Of a stretch of DNA of 64,000 nucleotides, positions 1-9,692 are shown piece after piece. The first letter of the stretch is position 1; each line of letters opens with the position of its first letter. The notes beneath the pieces are model-generated. The model saw only the letters and a program-made list of their open reading frames with translations, was not told the origin of the DNA and did no database searches. A program made the position numbers and the translations under genes. The stretch covers positions 124,001 to 188,000 of the forward strand of contig NZ_JMCB01000002.1 in the NCBI RefSeq assembly GCF_000737315.1, written 5' to 3'. Origin of the DNA: Hyalangium minutum. GTDB taxonomy: Bacteria > Myxococcota > Myxococcia > Myxococcales > Myxococcaceae.

Positions 1-953
1 TGCTGAGCGATCCGGAGCGCCGGGCCCGGTATGACCGGTTTGGCCACGCCGGAGCGGGCGGTGCCGGCTTCGAGGGCTTTGGCGGCTTCCAGGGCGTCAA
101 CATCAACGACATCTTCGGGGACATCTTCGGCGAGATCTTCGGCGGCGGTGGTGGCCGAGGGCGGGGCCGGGGCGGTGTCGGCCGGGGTGCGGACCTCCGT
201 TACAACCTGGAGATCTCCTTCGAGGAGGCGGCGTTCGGCTGCCGTCCCAAGGTTCCGATTCCGCGTCCCAAGAAGTGCGAGGTGTGCAGCGGCTCGGGGA
301 GCAAGAGCGGCGCGCCGCCCAAGCAGTGCGCCACGTGCGGCGGCGTGGGCGAGGTGCGCTTCACGCAGGGCTTCTTCGCCGTGTCTCGCGCGTGCCACGA
401 CTGCAACGGCACGGGCGCGGTGATTCCGGATCCGTGCTCGAAGTGCAAGGGCTCGGGCAAGGTGCCCTCGGAAGAGGTGCTCGAGGTGAACATCCCCGGT
501 GGCGTGGACAACGGCACCCGGGTGCGCCTGACGGGCATGGGCGAGCCGGGCGAGCGCGGCGGTCCTCCGGGAGACCTCTACGTCACGGTGATCGTCCGCG
601 AGCACCCGCTGTTCCAGCGCGAGGACAACGAGGTGTTCTGCGAGGTGCCCATCTCCTTCACGCAGGCGGCGCTGGGCGCGAAGATCGACGTGCCCACGCT
701 GGACGGGAAGGTGAAGATGACCATCCCCGCGGGCACCCAGTCCGGCAAGGTGTTCCGGCTCAAGGGCAAGGGCATTCCGCACCTGCACAGCCAGCAGCGC
801 GGTGATCAGCACGTGCGCGTCATGATCGAGACGCCCACGGACTTGTCCGCCAAGCAGCGCGAGCTGCTGGAGAAGTTCGCGGAGCTGTCGGGCGAGGAGT
901 CCCACCCGCAGTCCAAGAGCTTCTTCGCCAAGGTGAAGGAGCTGTTCGGCTAG
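1..953 (+). CDS. dnaJ: Chaperone DnaJ (5' truncated by window edge)
   Basis: Frame open from nt 3: end of J-domain (LSDPERRARYDRFGH), G/F-rich region, CxxCxGxG zinc-finger repeats, C-terminal GDLYV and GDQHV motifs. Confidence 0.97.
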   Translation, partial: LSDPERRARYDRFGHAGAGGAGFEGFGGFQGVNINDIFGDIFGEIFGGGGGRGRGRGGVGRGADLRYNLEISFEEAAFGCRPKVPIPRPKKCEVCSGSGSKSGAPPKQCATCGGVGEVRFTQGFFAVSRACHDCNGTGAVIPDPCSKCKGSGKVPSEEVLEVNIPGGVDNGTRVRLTGMGEPGERGGPPGDLYVTVIVREHPLFQREDNEVFCEVPISFTQAALGAKIDVPTLDGKVKMTIPAGTQSGKVFRLKGKGIPHLHSQQRGDQHVRVMIETPTDLSAKQRELLEKFAELSGEESHPQSKSFFAKVKELFG

Positions 954-976
954 GTCCGCTGCGCTAGGCTTCGGGC

Positions 977-1657
977 ATGATCCGCGTGTGCCTCGTGTCC
1001 GTGCTGCTGTTGAGTGCGCTGAGCCCGCTGCCGGGGCTCGCGCAGATCTCGCCGCCGCCTCTCGTGGCCGCGCCCCCCGGGCAGCTCCTCCCCTCCGAGG
1101 AGGGGAGCGACGAGAAGCCCCCAGGAGAGCTCATCCCGCGCTCCCCCGAGACGCTGAACGGCTCGGAGGGCAGAGCGGGGCGTGTCGTGCTCGAGTCCCT
1201 GGGAGGCGTTCTGCTCGGAGCCATAGGAGGAGTGCCTGCCTTCGGCCTGTCCCTGCTGTTCACCTTTGACTGTGACGGCTGCCACAACACCAACGGGGAG
1301 GCGACGATCCTGGCATTGGCCGGCGTCGCGGGCTTCCTCGGCGGAACGGCGCTCGGGGTGAAGCTGGGCGGGGCGCTCATGGGAGGCGAGGGCCGCTACC
1401 TGCCGACACTCGCTGGGGCGGGTCTGGGGACCCTGGCCGGCGTCCTCGTCGCGCTGCCCACGGGGTTGCTCGTTCATGAGCTGCTGGCCGTTGTTCCGTT
1501 GATCGCGGGCCCCTTCGTCGGAGCCATCATCGGCTACGAGCTGTCGCACTCGAACGAGCTCGAGCGCAAGGCGGCGGGCACCGGTGTGAAGGTGCTCCCG
1601 GCTGTGAGCCTGCGTCCCTCGGGCGGAGTGGTGGCAGGGCTGATGGGTTCGTTCTGA
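977..1657 (+). CDS. Hypothetical exported/membrane protein (myxobacterial Gly-rich hydrophobic family)
   Basis: Signal-peptide-like N-terminus, several Gly-rich hydrophobic segments, C-terminal G(L)xGxF motif. Confidence 0.7.
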   Translation: MIRVCLVSVLLLSALSPLPGLAQISPPPLVAAPPGQLLPSEEGSDEKPPGELIPRSPETLNGSEGRAGRVVLESLGGVLLGAIGGVPAFGLSLLFTFDCDGCHNTNGEATILALAGVAGFLGGTALGVKLGGALMGGEGRYLPTLAGAGLGTLAGVLVALPTGLLVHELLAVVPLIAGPFVGAIIGYELSHSNELERKAAGTGVKVLPAVSLRPSGGVVAGLMGSF

Positions 1658-1874
1658 GTCCTGGCTGACTGCGCGCCCGGTGATTACCTCGGTGTAGCCG
1701 TGCCTACCTCGGCGGTGGGCGTGTGCCTGCTCAGCCCTCGACGGTTCGGGAGAACGCGCCTCACGCGAGTGCTTGGGAGTCGACGTTCGCCCGTCCGGGG
1801 GCGGGCGGGCACTCACCATCCCGGAAAGTCATGCGCATCTGGGCGGCCACACCACCCGGTCGGGGGGAGTTCAC

Positions 1875-4800
1875 GTGGCCACGTACCGACTCGTCCGCAA
1901 GCTGGCCGCGGGCGGCATGGCGGAAGTCTTCTTCGCGAAGGTGCTCGGAGCCGAGGGCTTCGAGAAGCCCGTTGCGGTCAAGCGCGTCTTGCCGTCGCTG
2001 TCGCAGAACCAGGAGTTCACCGAGCTGTTCCTTCGCGAGGCCAAGCTCACCGTCTCCCTGCAGCACGCCAACGTCGTCCAGGTGTTTGATCTCGGCTGTG
2101 CCCGCGGCCAGCACTACATGGTGATGGAGTTCGTGGACGGAGAGAACCTCCGCACGCTCCAGCGCGCCGCCGCCAACCAGCAGGTTCCCCTGGGCCTGCG
2201 CGAGGTGTGCTTCATCGTCCAGCAGGTCGCCGAGGGCCTGGCCTACGCCCACGAGAAGCTCGACGCTTCCGGACGTCCGCTCAACATCATCCACCGCGAC
2301 ATCAACCCGTCCAACGTCATGGTGTCCTCGGCCGGCGAGGTGAAGCTCGCCGACTTTGGCATCGCCAAGGCCGCCAACGTTCAGAACGGCACCGAGGTGG
2401 GCGTGGTGAAGGGGAAGATGGGCTACCTCGCCCCCGAGCAGGTGCGCGGCGCTGCAGTGGATCAGCGCGCGGACCTCTTTCTCCTGGGGCTGCTCTTGTA
2501 TGAGCTGCTCTCCGGCCAGCAGCTCTTCTGCGGCCCGGACTACTTCCAGATCCTCCGCGACATCTCGTCCTTTGATGTGAAGACGGTGGTGCCGGTGCCC
2601 GGTGTGCCCGCGCCGCTGTGGAGCATCGTGACTCGGGCGCTGGCGCCGGATCCGGTGGCCCGCTTCCAGCGCGCTCGGGACTTGTCGGACGCGCTGCAGA
2701 ACTTCCTCTTTGATCACCGCCTGCGCGTGGGCCCCCAGGATGTGGCCAAGCTCTTCGCGCGCATCTTCCCTGGGCGGCGCTCGCCGCTGGACACAGGAGT
2801 TCCGGGCACGGCGGAGACCCGTGGCGAGGAGATTCGCCTCGGTGAGCAAGGCGCCTCTCCTCCGGGAGGGACGCGCGGCGTGGCTGTCCGCACCGCGACG
2901 TCGCAGGAGCCCGCTCAGGGCGCGCCTTCGAGGGCGACGCCTGTGCCCTTGCCCCAGACGCAGATCGCGGCTCCCGGGGGCGCCGTGCCGAAGACCGTCG
3001 CCATTCGCACCCACTCGCGCTCGGATCTGCAGCGCCCGGCCACGCCGCCGCCGCTGCCGCAGGGGACGGCGGGAAACCCCGAGCCGGGCCGACGCCTCAC
3101 GCCGGTCCCGCTGCCTCAGCCGCCAAACCCGGACTCCTCGCGGCGGATTCCACTGCCACCGCGCTCCGCGTCGGCTCAGGTGCTGCAGCTCGCCGCCCAG
3201 CGCCCCCGTCCGGCGGTGCGCCGCCCCCTGGGAGAGCTGTTGCTCGCCGCCGGGAAGCTGACAGAGGCGCAGCTCAAGAACATCCTCGACCGGCAGCGGC
3301 GCGAGGGTGGGAAGCTGGGTGAGCGCCTCGTGTCCGAGGGGCTCGTCACGGACGAGGAGTTGGTGGCCGTTGTTGGCGAGCAGTTGGGCATTCCGTTCAT
3401 CTCGGAGGCGCAGCTCCGAGCGCTGCCCGTGCCCACGCTGCTGCTGCCGCTGCTGCCGGTGGAGCACGCCGAGCGCTTCGAGGCCGTTCCCCTCACGCTT
3501 CAGGGCAAGGAGCTCTTCTGCGCCATGCGCGAGCCTCAGAACCTGGAGCGCCTGGACGAGCTCCAGTTCCGCACCGGGTACGCCGTGCGCGGGCTGCTCG
3601 CCAGCGAGGGCGCCATCCGCCGCACCATCAACCGCTTCTATCGCGGGGACGATTCGGCTGCCCCCGACTGGGCCAGCATGATGAAGGTGAGCGCCTCGGA
3701 GCCGCAGCCGGGTGCCTCCCCTGGGTCCCTGCCCGAGGAGACCGCCCTCCAGCCTGTGGAGCCGCCGCCGCCCGCTCCAGCGCCGGAGCCGGTGTCACCT
3801 CCTGTGCCTCCCGCTCCCGCGCCGCAGCCGTCGCGCACGCCGCCGCGCTCGCTGGCGCGCACTCTGCTGGTGGTCGCGGATGATCCAGAGCAGCGGGACG
3901 CGGCCGTGCAGCTCCTCTCGAGGCAGGGCGTGGCGGCGGCCGGCAGCTCCAGTGCCGAGGCCGAGCGCGCGGTGGCCCTCGGTGGTATCGAGGTGGCCCT
4001 GGTCGCAAGCGACACCCTCGCGGATGCATCGGGGGTGGTGGCCCGGCTGATGGCGGCGGCGCCCACCATGGAGGTGCGCGTCCTGCCCTCGCTGGCGGAG
4101 GCACTCGCCGGTGAGGCGGGCCCGCTGGGACGCGCGGCGCGGCTGCACGCACGGGTGCTGGATGCAGCCCTGGCGGCTCTCGGAGGCGCGGGGGTGCAGG
4201 GGGCGGCGCTGGCGAGGTTGGCCCGGCGCGTGGCGCTTCGGCTCGGGGCCGGCAGAGCGGAGGCGGAGCGGGCCTCGGCCGCCGCGTACGCCATGGCCTG
4301 TGCGGCGCGCCTCGAGGGCAAGGAGATCTACGCGAAGCCCGGCTGCGAGGCCGTGCGCGCGCTGCTGGGCAGGGACGCGGGTGAGCTGGCCTCGGTGCTC
4401 GGTGCCCCCTCTGAAGGAACGCCCGCAGCCCAGCCGAGCCGCGCGGCTCTGGCGCTCAACGCGGCCACGGCACTGATGGAGGCGGTGGGGACGGACGCTC
4501 CGAAGCCGGAGGATGCGTCGCGTGCGCTCGTCCGGCTGCGCGAGGAGGGCCGCGTCCCCGCCATCGCCTTGGAGGCCCTGGCCGCCGAGGTGGCCGAGCT
4601 GGTGCTGGGAGATGCCGCCTCTCCCACGATTGTGTTGGCCGAGCCGGATCCCGCGCGCTCCGCCACGCTCCAGGCGCGCTTCCTGGCCGAGGGCGTGCGC
4701 GTGATGCTCGCGGACTCGGTGGCCCGCGCCCGGGAGCTGCTGGCGGGAGGCGCCCGCGTCCTGGTGATGGCCGCTCGCCTGCCGGACGGGGATGGGGCCT

Positions 4801-5009
4801 CGCTGACGCGGGAGCTGCGCGTGGCCACGCCCACCGCCGAGGTGCCCATCTTCATCCTCGCCTCTCCAGAGGATCCGGGGATGGTGGAGGCAGGGCTCGA
4901 TGCCGGGGCGGATGACGTGCTCACCTACCCGGTGAACCCGGACGTGCTGGCGGCGAAGGTGCGCCGGGCGCTCCAGCCGCGCCGTCCCGTGGTGGCGGCG
5001 GCGAGCTGA
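1875..5009 (+). CDS. Ser/Thr protein kinase fused to MshEN/T2SSE_N, degenerate HD-GYP-like and receiver-like domains
   Basis: GGMAEVF, VAVK, HRDINPSN, DFG, APE motifs; tandem LGELLLAAGKL...LGERLVSEGLV motif; C-terminal REC-like fold. Start moved to GTG 1875 after a GGGGGAG RBS. Confidence 0.88.
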   Translation: MATYRLVRKLAAGGMAEVFFAKVLGAEGFEKPVAVKRVLPSLSQNQEFTELFLREAKLTVSLQHANVVQVFDLGCARGQHYMVMEFVDGENLRTLQRAAANQQVPLGLREVCFIVQQVAEGLAYAHEKLDASGRPLNIIHRDINPSNVMVSSAGEVKLADFGIAKAANVQNGTEVGVVKGKMGYLAPEQVRGAAVDQRADLFLLGLLLYELLSGQQLFCGPDYFQILRDISSFDVKTVVPVPGVPAPLWSIVTRALAPDPVARFQRARDLSDALQNFLFDHRLRVGPQDVAKLFARIFPGRRSPLDTGVPGTAETRGEEIRLGEQGASPPGGTRGVAVRTATSQEPAQGAPSRATPVPLPQTQIAAPGGAVPKTVAIRTHSRSDLQRPATPPPLPQGTAGNPEPGRRLTPVPLPQPPNPDSSRRIPLPPRSASAQVLQLAAQRPRPAVRRPLGELLLAAGKLTEAQLKNILDRQRREGGKLGERLVSEGLVTDEELVAVVGEQLGIPFISEAQLRALPVPTLLLPLLPVEHAERFEAVPLTLQGKELFCAMREPQNLERLDELQFRTGYAVRGLLASEGAIRRTINRFYRGDDSAAPDWASMMKVSASEPQPGASPGSLPEETALQPVEPPPPAPAPEPVSPPVPPAPAPQPSRTPPRSLARTLLVVADDPEQRDAAVQLLSRQGVAAAGSSSAEAERAVALGGIEVALVASDTLADASGVVARLMAAAPTMEVRVLPSLAEALAGEAGPLGRAARLHARVLDAALAALGGAGVQGAALARLARRVALRLGAGRAEAERASAAAYAMACAARLEGKEIYAKPGCEAVRALLGRDAGELASVLGAPSEGTPAAQPSRAALALNAATALMEAVGTDAPKPEDASRALVRLREEGRVPAIALEALAAEVAELVLGDAASPTIVLAEPDPARSATLQARFLAEGVRVMLADSVARARELLAGGARVLVMAARLPDGDGASLTRELRVATPTAEVPIFILASPEDPGMVEAGLDAGADDVLTYPVNPDVLAAKVRRALQPRRPVVAAAS

Positions 5010-5219
5010 GTGGCCGAGCAGCCTCGCCCACACACACCCGCGATGCCCACGAGCCACGCGCGTGGCTGGAGACCCACGGCGTTGCGGGGCCAACCCCTCG
5101 AAGTGTCAGGCAGTGGAGGAGGGCATGGGCACTGCAGGCGCCCAGACGTCTTCCCCGGAATCTTCCCGGCGCTCGATTGTCGACGGAGGCGCACCCACAC
5201 TGCTATGCACCCCCCCACC

Positions 5220-7358
5220 ATGGAAGTCCTCTCCCTTTCTTCGCGCCGAGCCCTGGGGCTGGGGCTGGCGCTGCTCCTCACCGCCTGTCCGAAGACGACG
5301 ACCCCCGTTCGAGGAGGTGCTGGAGGGACCGGCGAAGGTTCTCAGCAGACCCTCCCGACGAAGCCTCAGGTCGAGGCGAAGAAGGACGCCACGGCGGACG
5401 CGGCGCTGGCCCAGGCCGTGGAGACTGCGGCGCGCACGCCGGACAAGCTGCAGGCGGCCGAGGTGTTGCTCACAGTGCGCAAGACGTACCCGGGCACCAC
5501 TGCCAGCCAGGAGGCGCTCTACCGCGCCGGTGTCCTCTACTTCGAGTCCGAGAACTACGCCGAGGCCCGGAAGACCTTCAACGAGCTGCTCTTCGAGAAC
5601 CCGCTCTACCCGCAGGCGGAGGACGCCAAGTACAAGCTGGCCCTGTCCGCGCTGGAGGTGGGCGCGTACCGGGATGCGTACCAGACGCTCTCCAGCCTCG
5701 CCGAGCGGGCCGAGGGCGCCCAGCGCGAGAAGCTCCTCCAGGAGGCTGCTCGGGCCGCGGAGGGCGCGGGGCTGTTTGGCGTGGCGCTCGACAACGCGGT
5801 GAAGGCGGCCGAGGACGCGAAGACGCCCCAGGAGCAGGCCGCCGCGGTGCAGCGGGTGGAGCAGCTGGTGGAGGGCCGCGCGTCCTTCGTGGATGTGGCC
5901 CGCGTGGTGGAGGGCATGTCGCCCCGGCACCCGGCGTGGCCCGTGCTGACCTTCAAGCTGGCGCGCATCTACTACCACCTGCGCGACTGGACGCGGCTCG
6001 AGGAGACGCTGAACCGCTTCCTGCAGGAGGCCCCCAGCTCCCCGTTCGCCGGACAGGCCCGCGAGCTGCTGAGCCGCGCCACCCGCCGCGTGGAGGTGCG
6101 TCCCAAGACGGTGGGCGTGCTGCTGCCGATGACGGGCCGCTACAAGCCCATCGGTGAGGCGGTGCTGCGCGGTGTGCAGCTGGGGCTGGCGGGCAGTGAC
6201 ATCGAGCTCATCGTCAAGGACACCCAGGGCGAGGTGATGCTGGCGGGGCAGGCGGTGGAGCAGCTGGCGTTCGACGAGGGCGCCATCGCCGTGCTCGGGC
6301 CGCTGCTGCCGGATGACTCGCGCCGCGCGGCGCTGGTGGCCGAGGAGCTCCAGATTCCCCTGCTGACGATGACGCGCGCCGAGGGAATCACGGAGATTGG
6401 CCCGCACGTGTTCCGCAACATGCTGACGAACTCGGCGCAGGCGCAGGCCATCGCGGACTACGCCATGCGCGTGCGCGGCTTCAAGCGCTTCGCGGTGCTC
6501 TACCCGAACATCCCGTACGGCGTGGAGATGGCCAACGGCTTCTGGGACGAGGTGGTGGAGAAGGGCGGCACGGTGCGCGGCGCGGAGAGCTACGCGCACG
6601 ACCAGACGACCTTCACGGACGAGGCCAAGAAGCTGGTGGGCCGCTACTACCTGGAGGACCGCGCCGACTACCTGGAGGGCATGCGCGACATCCAGGGCGA
6701 GAGCCTGGATGCGTTCCGCAAGCGCAAGGCGGTGGAGAAGCTCAAGGGTGGCCTGGAGCCGGTGGTGGACTTCGAGGCCATCTTCATCCCGGACGACTGG
6801 AAGCGCGTGAGCCTGGTGGGCCCGGCGCTCGCGGTGGAGGACATCATCACCAACGCGTGCGACCCGAGGGACTTGGAGCGCATCCGCAAGACGACGGGGA
6901 AGAAGGACCTGAAGACGGTGACGCTGCTGGGCACCAATACGTGGAGCAGCCCGAAGGGCCGCTCGGGGCTGCCGGAGCTCATCGAGCGCGGCGGCAAGTT
7001 CGTCACCTGCTCGGTGTACGTGGACGGCTTCTTCATCGACTCGCAGCGCCCGGCCACGCGCAAGTTCGTCCAGGCCTTCCGCGAGGCCTACAAGGACGTG
7101 GACAAGGATCCGGGGCTGCTGGAGGCCATTGGGTATGACTCGGCGCTGATGCTGCGGCAGCTCATCGACAAGCAGCGCCCGCGCACGCGCAGCGACATGC
7201 GCGAGGCGCTCCTGAACCTGAAGAACTTCGAGGGCGCCACGGGCCGCACCTCGTTCAGCGACAAGCGCGAGGCGGTCAAGCCGCTCTTCATGCTGTCCGT
7301 GGACAACCGGGGCGTGAAGGAGCTCCCGCCGGAGGCTGCTGGAGGCTCGGGCTCATGA
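5220..7358 (+). CDS. LpoA-like penicillin-binding protein activator lipoprotein (TPR region + periplasmic binding type-1 domain)
   Basis: Lipobox LLLTAC, TPR helices, VGVLLPMTGRY...AVLRG and C-terminal FEGATG motif. Start ATG 5205 or 5220. Confidence 0.8.
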   Translation: MEVLSLSSRRALGLGLALLLTACPKTTTPVRGGAGGTGEGSQQTLPTKPQVEAKKDATADAALAQAVETAARTPDKLQAAEVLLTVRKTYPGTTASQEALYRAGVLYFESENYAEARKTFNELLFENPLYPQAEDAKYKLALSALEVGAYRDAYQTLSSLAERAEGAQREKLLQEAARAAEGAGLFGVALDNAVKAAEDAKTPQEQAAAVQRVEQLVEGRASFVDVARVVEGMSPRHPAWPVLTFKLARIYYHLRDWTRLEETLNRFLQEAPSSPFAGQARELLSRATRRVEVRPKTVGVLLPMTGRYKPIGEAVLRGVQLGLAGSDIELIVKDTQGEVMLAGQAVEQLAFDEGAIAVLGPLLPDDSRRAALVAEELQIPLLTMTRAEGITEIGPHVFRNMLTNSAQAQAIADYAMRVRGFKRFAVLYPNIPYGVEMANGFWDEVVEKGGTVRGAESYAHDQTTFTDEAKKLVGRYYLEDRADYLEGMRDIQGESLDAFRKRKAVEKLKGGLEPVVDFEAIFIPDDWKRVSLVGPALAVEDIITNACDPRDLERIRKTTGKKDLKTVTLLGTNTWSSPKGRSGLPELIERGGKFVTCSVYVDGFFIDSQRPATRKFVQAFREAYKDVDKDPGLLEAIGYDSALMLRQLIDKQRPRTRSDMREALLNLKNFEGATGRTSFSDKREAVKPLFMLSVDNRGVKELPPEAAGGSGS

Positions 7359-8953
7359 GGTACAGCGCGCGGCTGCTGCTCGCGGGGTGGGTGGTGCTCG
7401 GGGTGGGCTGTGCCCACAAGCTGCCGGGGCTCACTCCCGAGGTGTTCTCCGGTCTGCGCGAGCAGCCCGGGAACTACGTGGCGGGAAAGACGGTGGGGCT
7501 GTCGGATGGGCCGCTGCTCAACAACAAGGACTTCGTCTACACCATCGGCTTCTCGCCGGACAGCTCGCGCGTGGCGTACACGCACCTGGGGCCGAAGTTC
7601 TATGAGCTCGCGCTGTGGACGCTGGTCCCAGAGCCCAAGCTCGTGGCTGACAAGACCGTCAACCCCTACGAGTTCGACATCGAGGCCGTGAGCTTCTCTC
7701 CGGACGGCGGGCTGGTGGCCACGGCCGGGCGGGACGGCGCGGTGCGCCTCTTCGATGCCTCCACCAATGAACCCAAGGGACGGGTGCTGGCCGAGGAGCC
7801 CCTCACCGCCATGACCTTCCACCCGAGCGGCCGCTATGTGGTGGTGGGCAGCGCGAAGGGACTCATCTCCGTCTTCAGCGTGCCTCAGCTGGCCTTCGTC
7901 TATGAAGTCCGGGCCCACATGGGGCCGGTGAGCGCGCTGGCCTTCACGGCCGAGGGCGCGCTGTACAGCGGCAGCTGGGACAAGCACGTGCGCGCCTGGG
8001 AGTCTCGGGAGGAGGTGCTGCGCACGGATCAGGCCCGCGTCATCTTCGACAGGCGCGGCGGCTTCAGCGTGGTGCGCGGAGGCGTCAACGGCAAGGCGCA
8101 GGCCTCCTTCGCGCTGGACACGCGCGCCCCCGCCATCATCCTCAACACCGAGACGGCCACCCAGGCCGGCATCGACGTGGCCTTCCTGAAGGACACACTC
8201 ACGGTGCCCACGCCCCTGGGCAACACCGTGGCGAAGCTGGCGCGCGGCCAGTCCCTGCGCTTCAAGTCCCTGCCCGTGGAGAACGTGGACATCGCCATCT
8301 GCGACGTGTGCGTGCCCACGGGCGCTCAGGGCGTGCTGGGGACGCCCTTCCTCGAGCGCTTCGACGTCAGCTTCGATGAGTCCACCCATGAGGCGATCCT
8401 CACCTCGAAGGCGGGCGCCGTGCCGGGTGCGGAGGCGCAGGGCCTGGCGCTGAACCCGAAGAGCGACTTCGTCTTCGAGGGCCACGTCAACGACGTCACC
8501 GTGGATGCCAAGGGCCAGCGGCTGGGCGTGGCGTTCTCGGAGGAGAAGGCGGAGCGCTCGCGCACCGTCTACGAGCGCGAGAAGAACAAGGTCGTCGAGC
8601 CCCAGGCCCCCTTCAATGCGGGCGCGCTGGTGGACGCCGCCACGGGCCAGGTTCTCCAGAAGTGGCCCATCCACCACGGCGTGGTGTCCACGGCCAGCAT
8701 CTCTCCGGATGGGCGCTCACTGGCCTCGGGCGGCTGGGACAAGCGCCTGCTGCTGTTCACCGAGGGCAATGCCCAACCCCTGGATGAGCGTGAGTTCGGC
8801 TGGTCCGTGCGCCGGGTGCGCTTCAGCCCGGATGGGCGCTGGGTCGCCGTTGCCGCGTGGACGCCGCAGAACCCCATCGGAGACCAGGAGAGTGATCCGG
8901 CCGCGGCGCTCTTCGAGGTGGCCTACGAGCAGCCCTCGGTGGAGCGGCGCTGA
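7355..8953 (+). CDS. Lipoprotein with WD40 repeats and an inserted retropepsin-like domain
   Basis: Lipobox LGVGC; FSPDG..ATAGRDGAVRLFD and SGSWDKHVRAW repeats; central FALDTRA...GVLGTPFLERF. ATGA overlap with the upstream gene. Confidence 0.75.
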   Translation: MRYSARLLLAGWVVLGVGCAHKLPGLTPEVFSGLREQPGNYVAGKTVGLSDGPLLNNKDFVYTIGFSPDSSRVAYTHLGPKFYELALWTLVPEPKLVADKTVNPYEFDIEAVSFSPDGGLVATAGRDGAVRLFDASTNEPKGRVLAEEPLTAMTFHPSGRYVVVGSAKGLISVFSVPQLAFVYEVRAHMGPVSALAFTAEGALYSGSWDKHVRAWESREEVLRTDQARVIFDRRGGFSVVRGGVNGKAQASFALDTRAPAIILNTETATQAGIDVAFLKDTLTVPTPLGNTVAKLARGQSLRFKSLPVENVDIAICDVCVPTGAQGVLGTPFLERFDVSFDESTHEAILTSKAGAVPGAEAQGLALNPKSDFVFEGHVNDVTVDAKGQRLGVAFSEEKAERSRTVYEREKNKVVEPQAPFNAGALVDAATGQVLQKWPIHHGVVSTASISPDGRSLASGGWDKRLLLFTEGNAQPLDEREFGWSVRRVRFSPDGRWVAVAAWTPQNPIGDQESDPAAALFEVAYEQPSVERR

Positions 8954-9643
8954 CTAGAAGTTCTGGGAGATGGCGTGCGCGGGCAGCCCTCGGGCCAGCA
9001 GCGCCGAGATGACGCCCTGCACCATCTCCTTCTGGCCGCACACGAAGGCCCGGGTGCCCAGCGCGAGGGGCTCCTCCTTCAGGTGCGCCTGCACGTAGCC
9101 CGTGAGGCCCTGCCAGCCGCTGGCACCGGGCTGGCTCACCGTGGGCACCACGTGGATGTCGGCCTGCTCCCAGGTCTTGAAGTCTCGCGCGTACGCGAAC
9201 GCTCCGGGCGTGCGCGCGCCGAAGTACAGCGTCACCTTCCCGTAGGCCTCCCGCTCCTGGCGGATGCTCTCGATGACGGAGCGGATGGGCGAGATGCCCG
9301 AGCCGGTCGCGAACAGGAGCACATCCCTCTCCCGCGCCTGCTCCAGCGGGAAGCCGGGGCCCTCGGGACGGCTCACGTCCACCTGCTTGCCCAGGCCCAG
9401 GTGGACCAGCGCGTCCGTGAGGGGGCTGGTGGCCTTGACCAGCAAATCCCATTGCTCGGCCCCCGGCGGCGAGGCGAGGGCGAACAGGCCTTCCGTGGCG
9501 CCGGGCAGACGCAGATGGACATACTGTCCCGGCCTCTGGTGTGCCCCTCGCAGAGGAGTGCCCGAGAGGTCGAGCGTCAGATCGGTCAGCCCATCCGCCG
9601 CCGGCGAACAGGCCACCAGGGTGGCCGGGAACCATTCGGTCAT
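8954..9643 (-). CDS. FAD/NAD(P)-binding oxidoreductase (ferredoxin-NADP reductase-like)
   Basis: RPGQYV, FALAS, FATGSGISP, LYFGAR, FVCG motifs. Confidence 0.88.
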   Translation of the reverse strand: MTEWFPATLVACSPAADGLTDLTLDLSGTPLRGAHQRPGQYVHLRLPGATEGLFALASPPGAEQWDLLVKATSPLTDALVHLGLGKQVDVSRPEGPGFPLEQARERDVLLFATGSGISPIRSVIESIRQEREAYGKVTLYFGARTPGAFAYARDFKTWEQADIHVVPTVSQPGASGWQGLTGYVQAHLKEEPLALGTRAFVCGQKEMVQGVISALLARGLPAHAISQNF

Positions 9644-9692
9644 GTCTCTCCCGTTTTAACCCGCGAGCGCGTTTGGCGCCTCCCTGGTAGCC

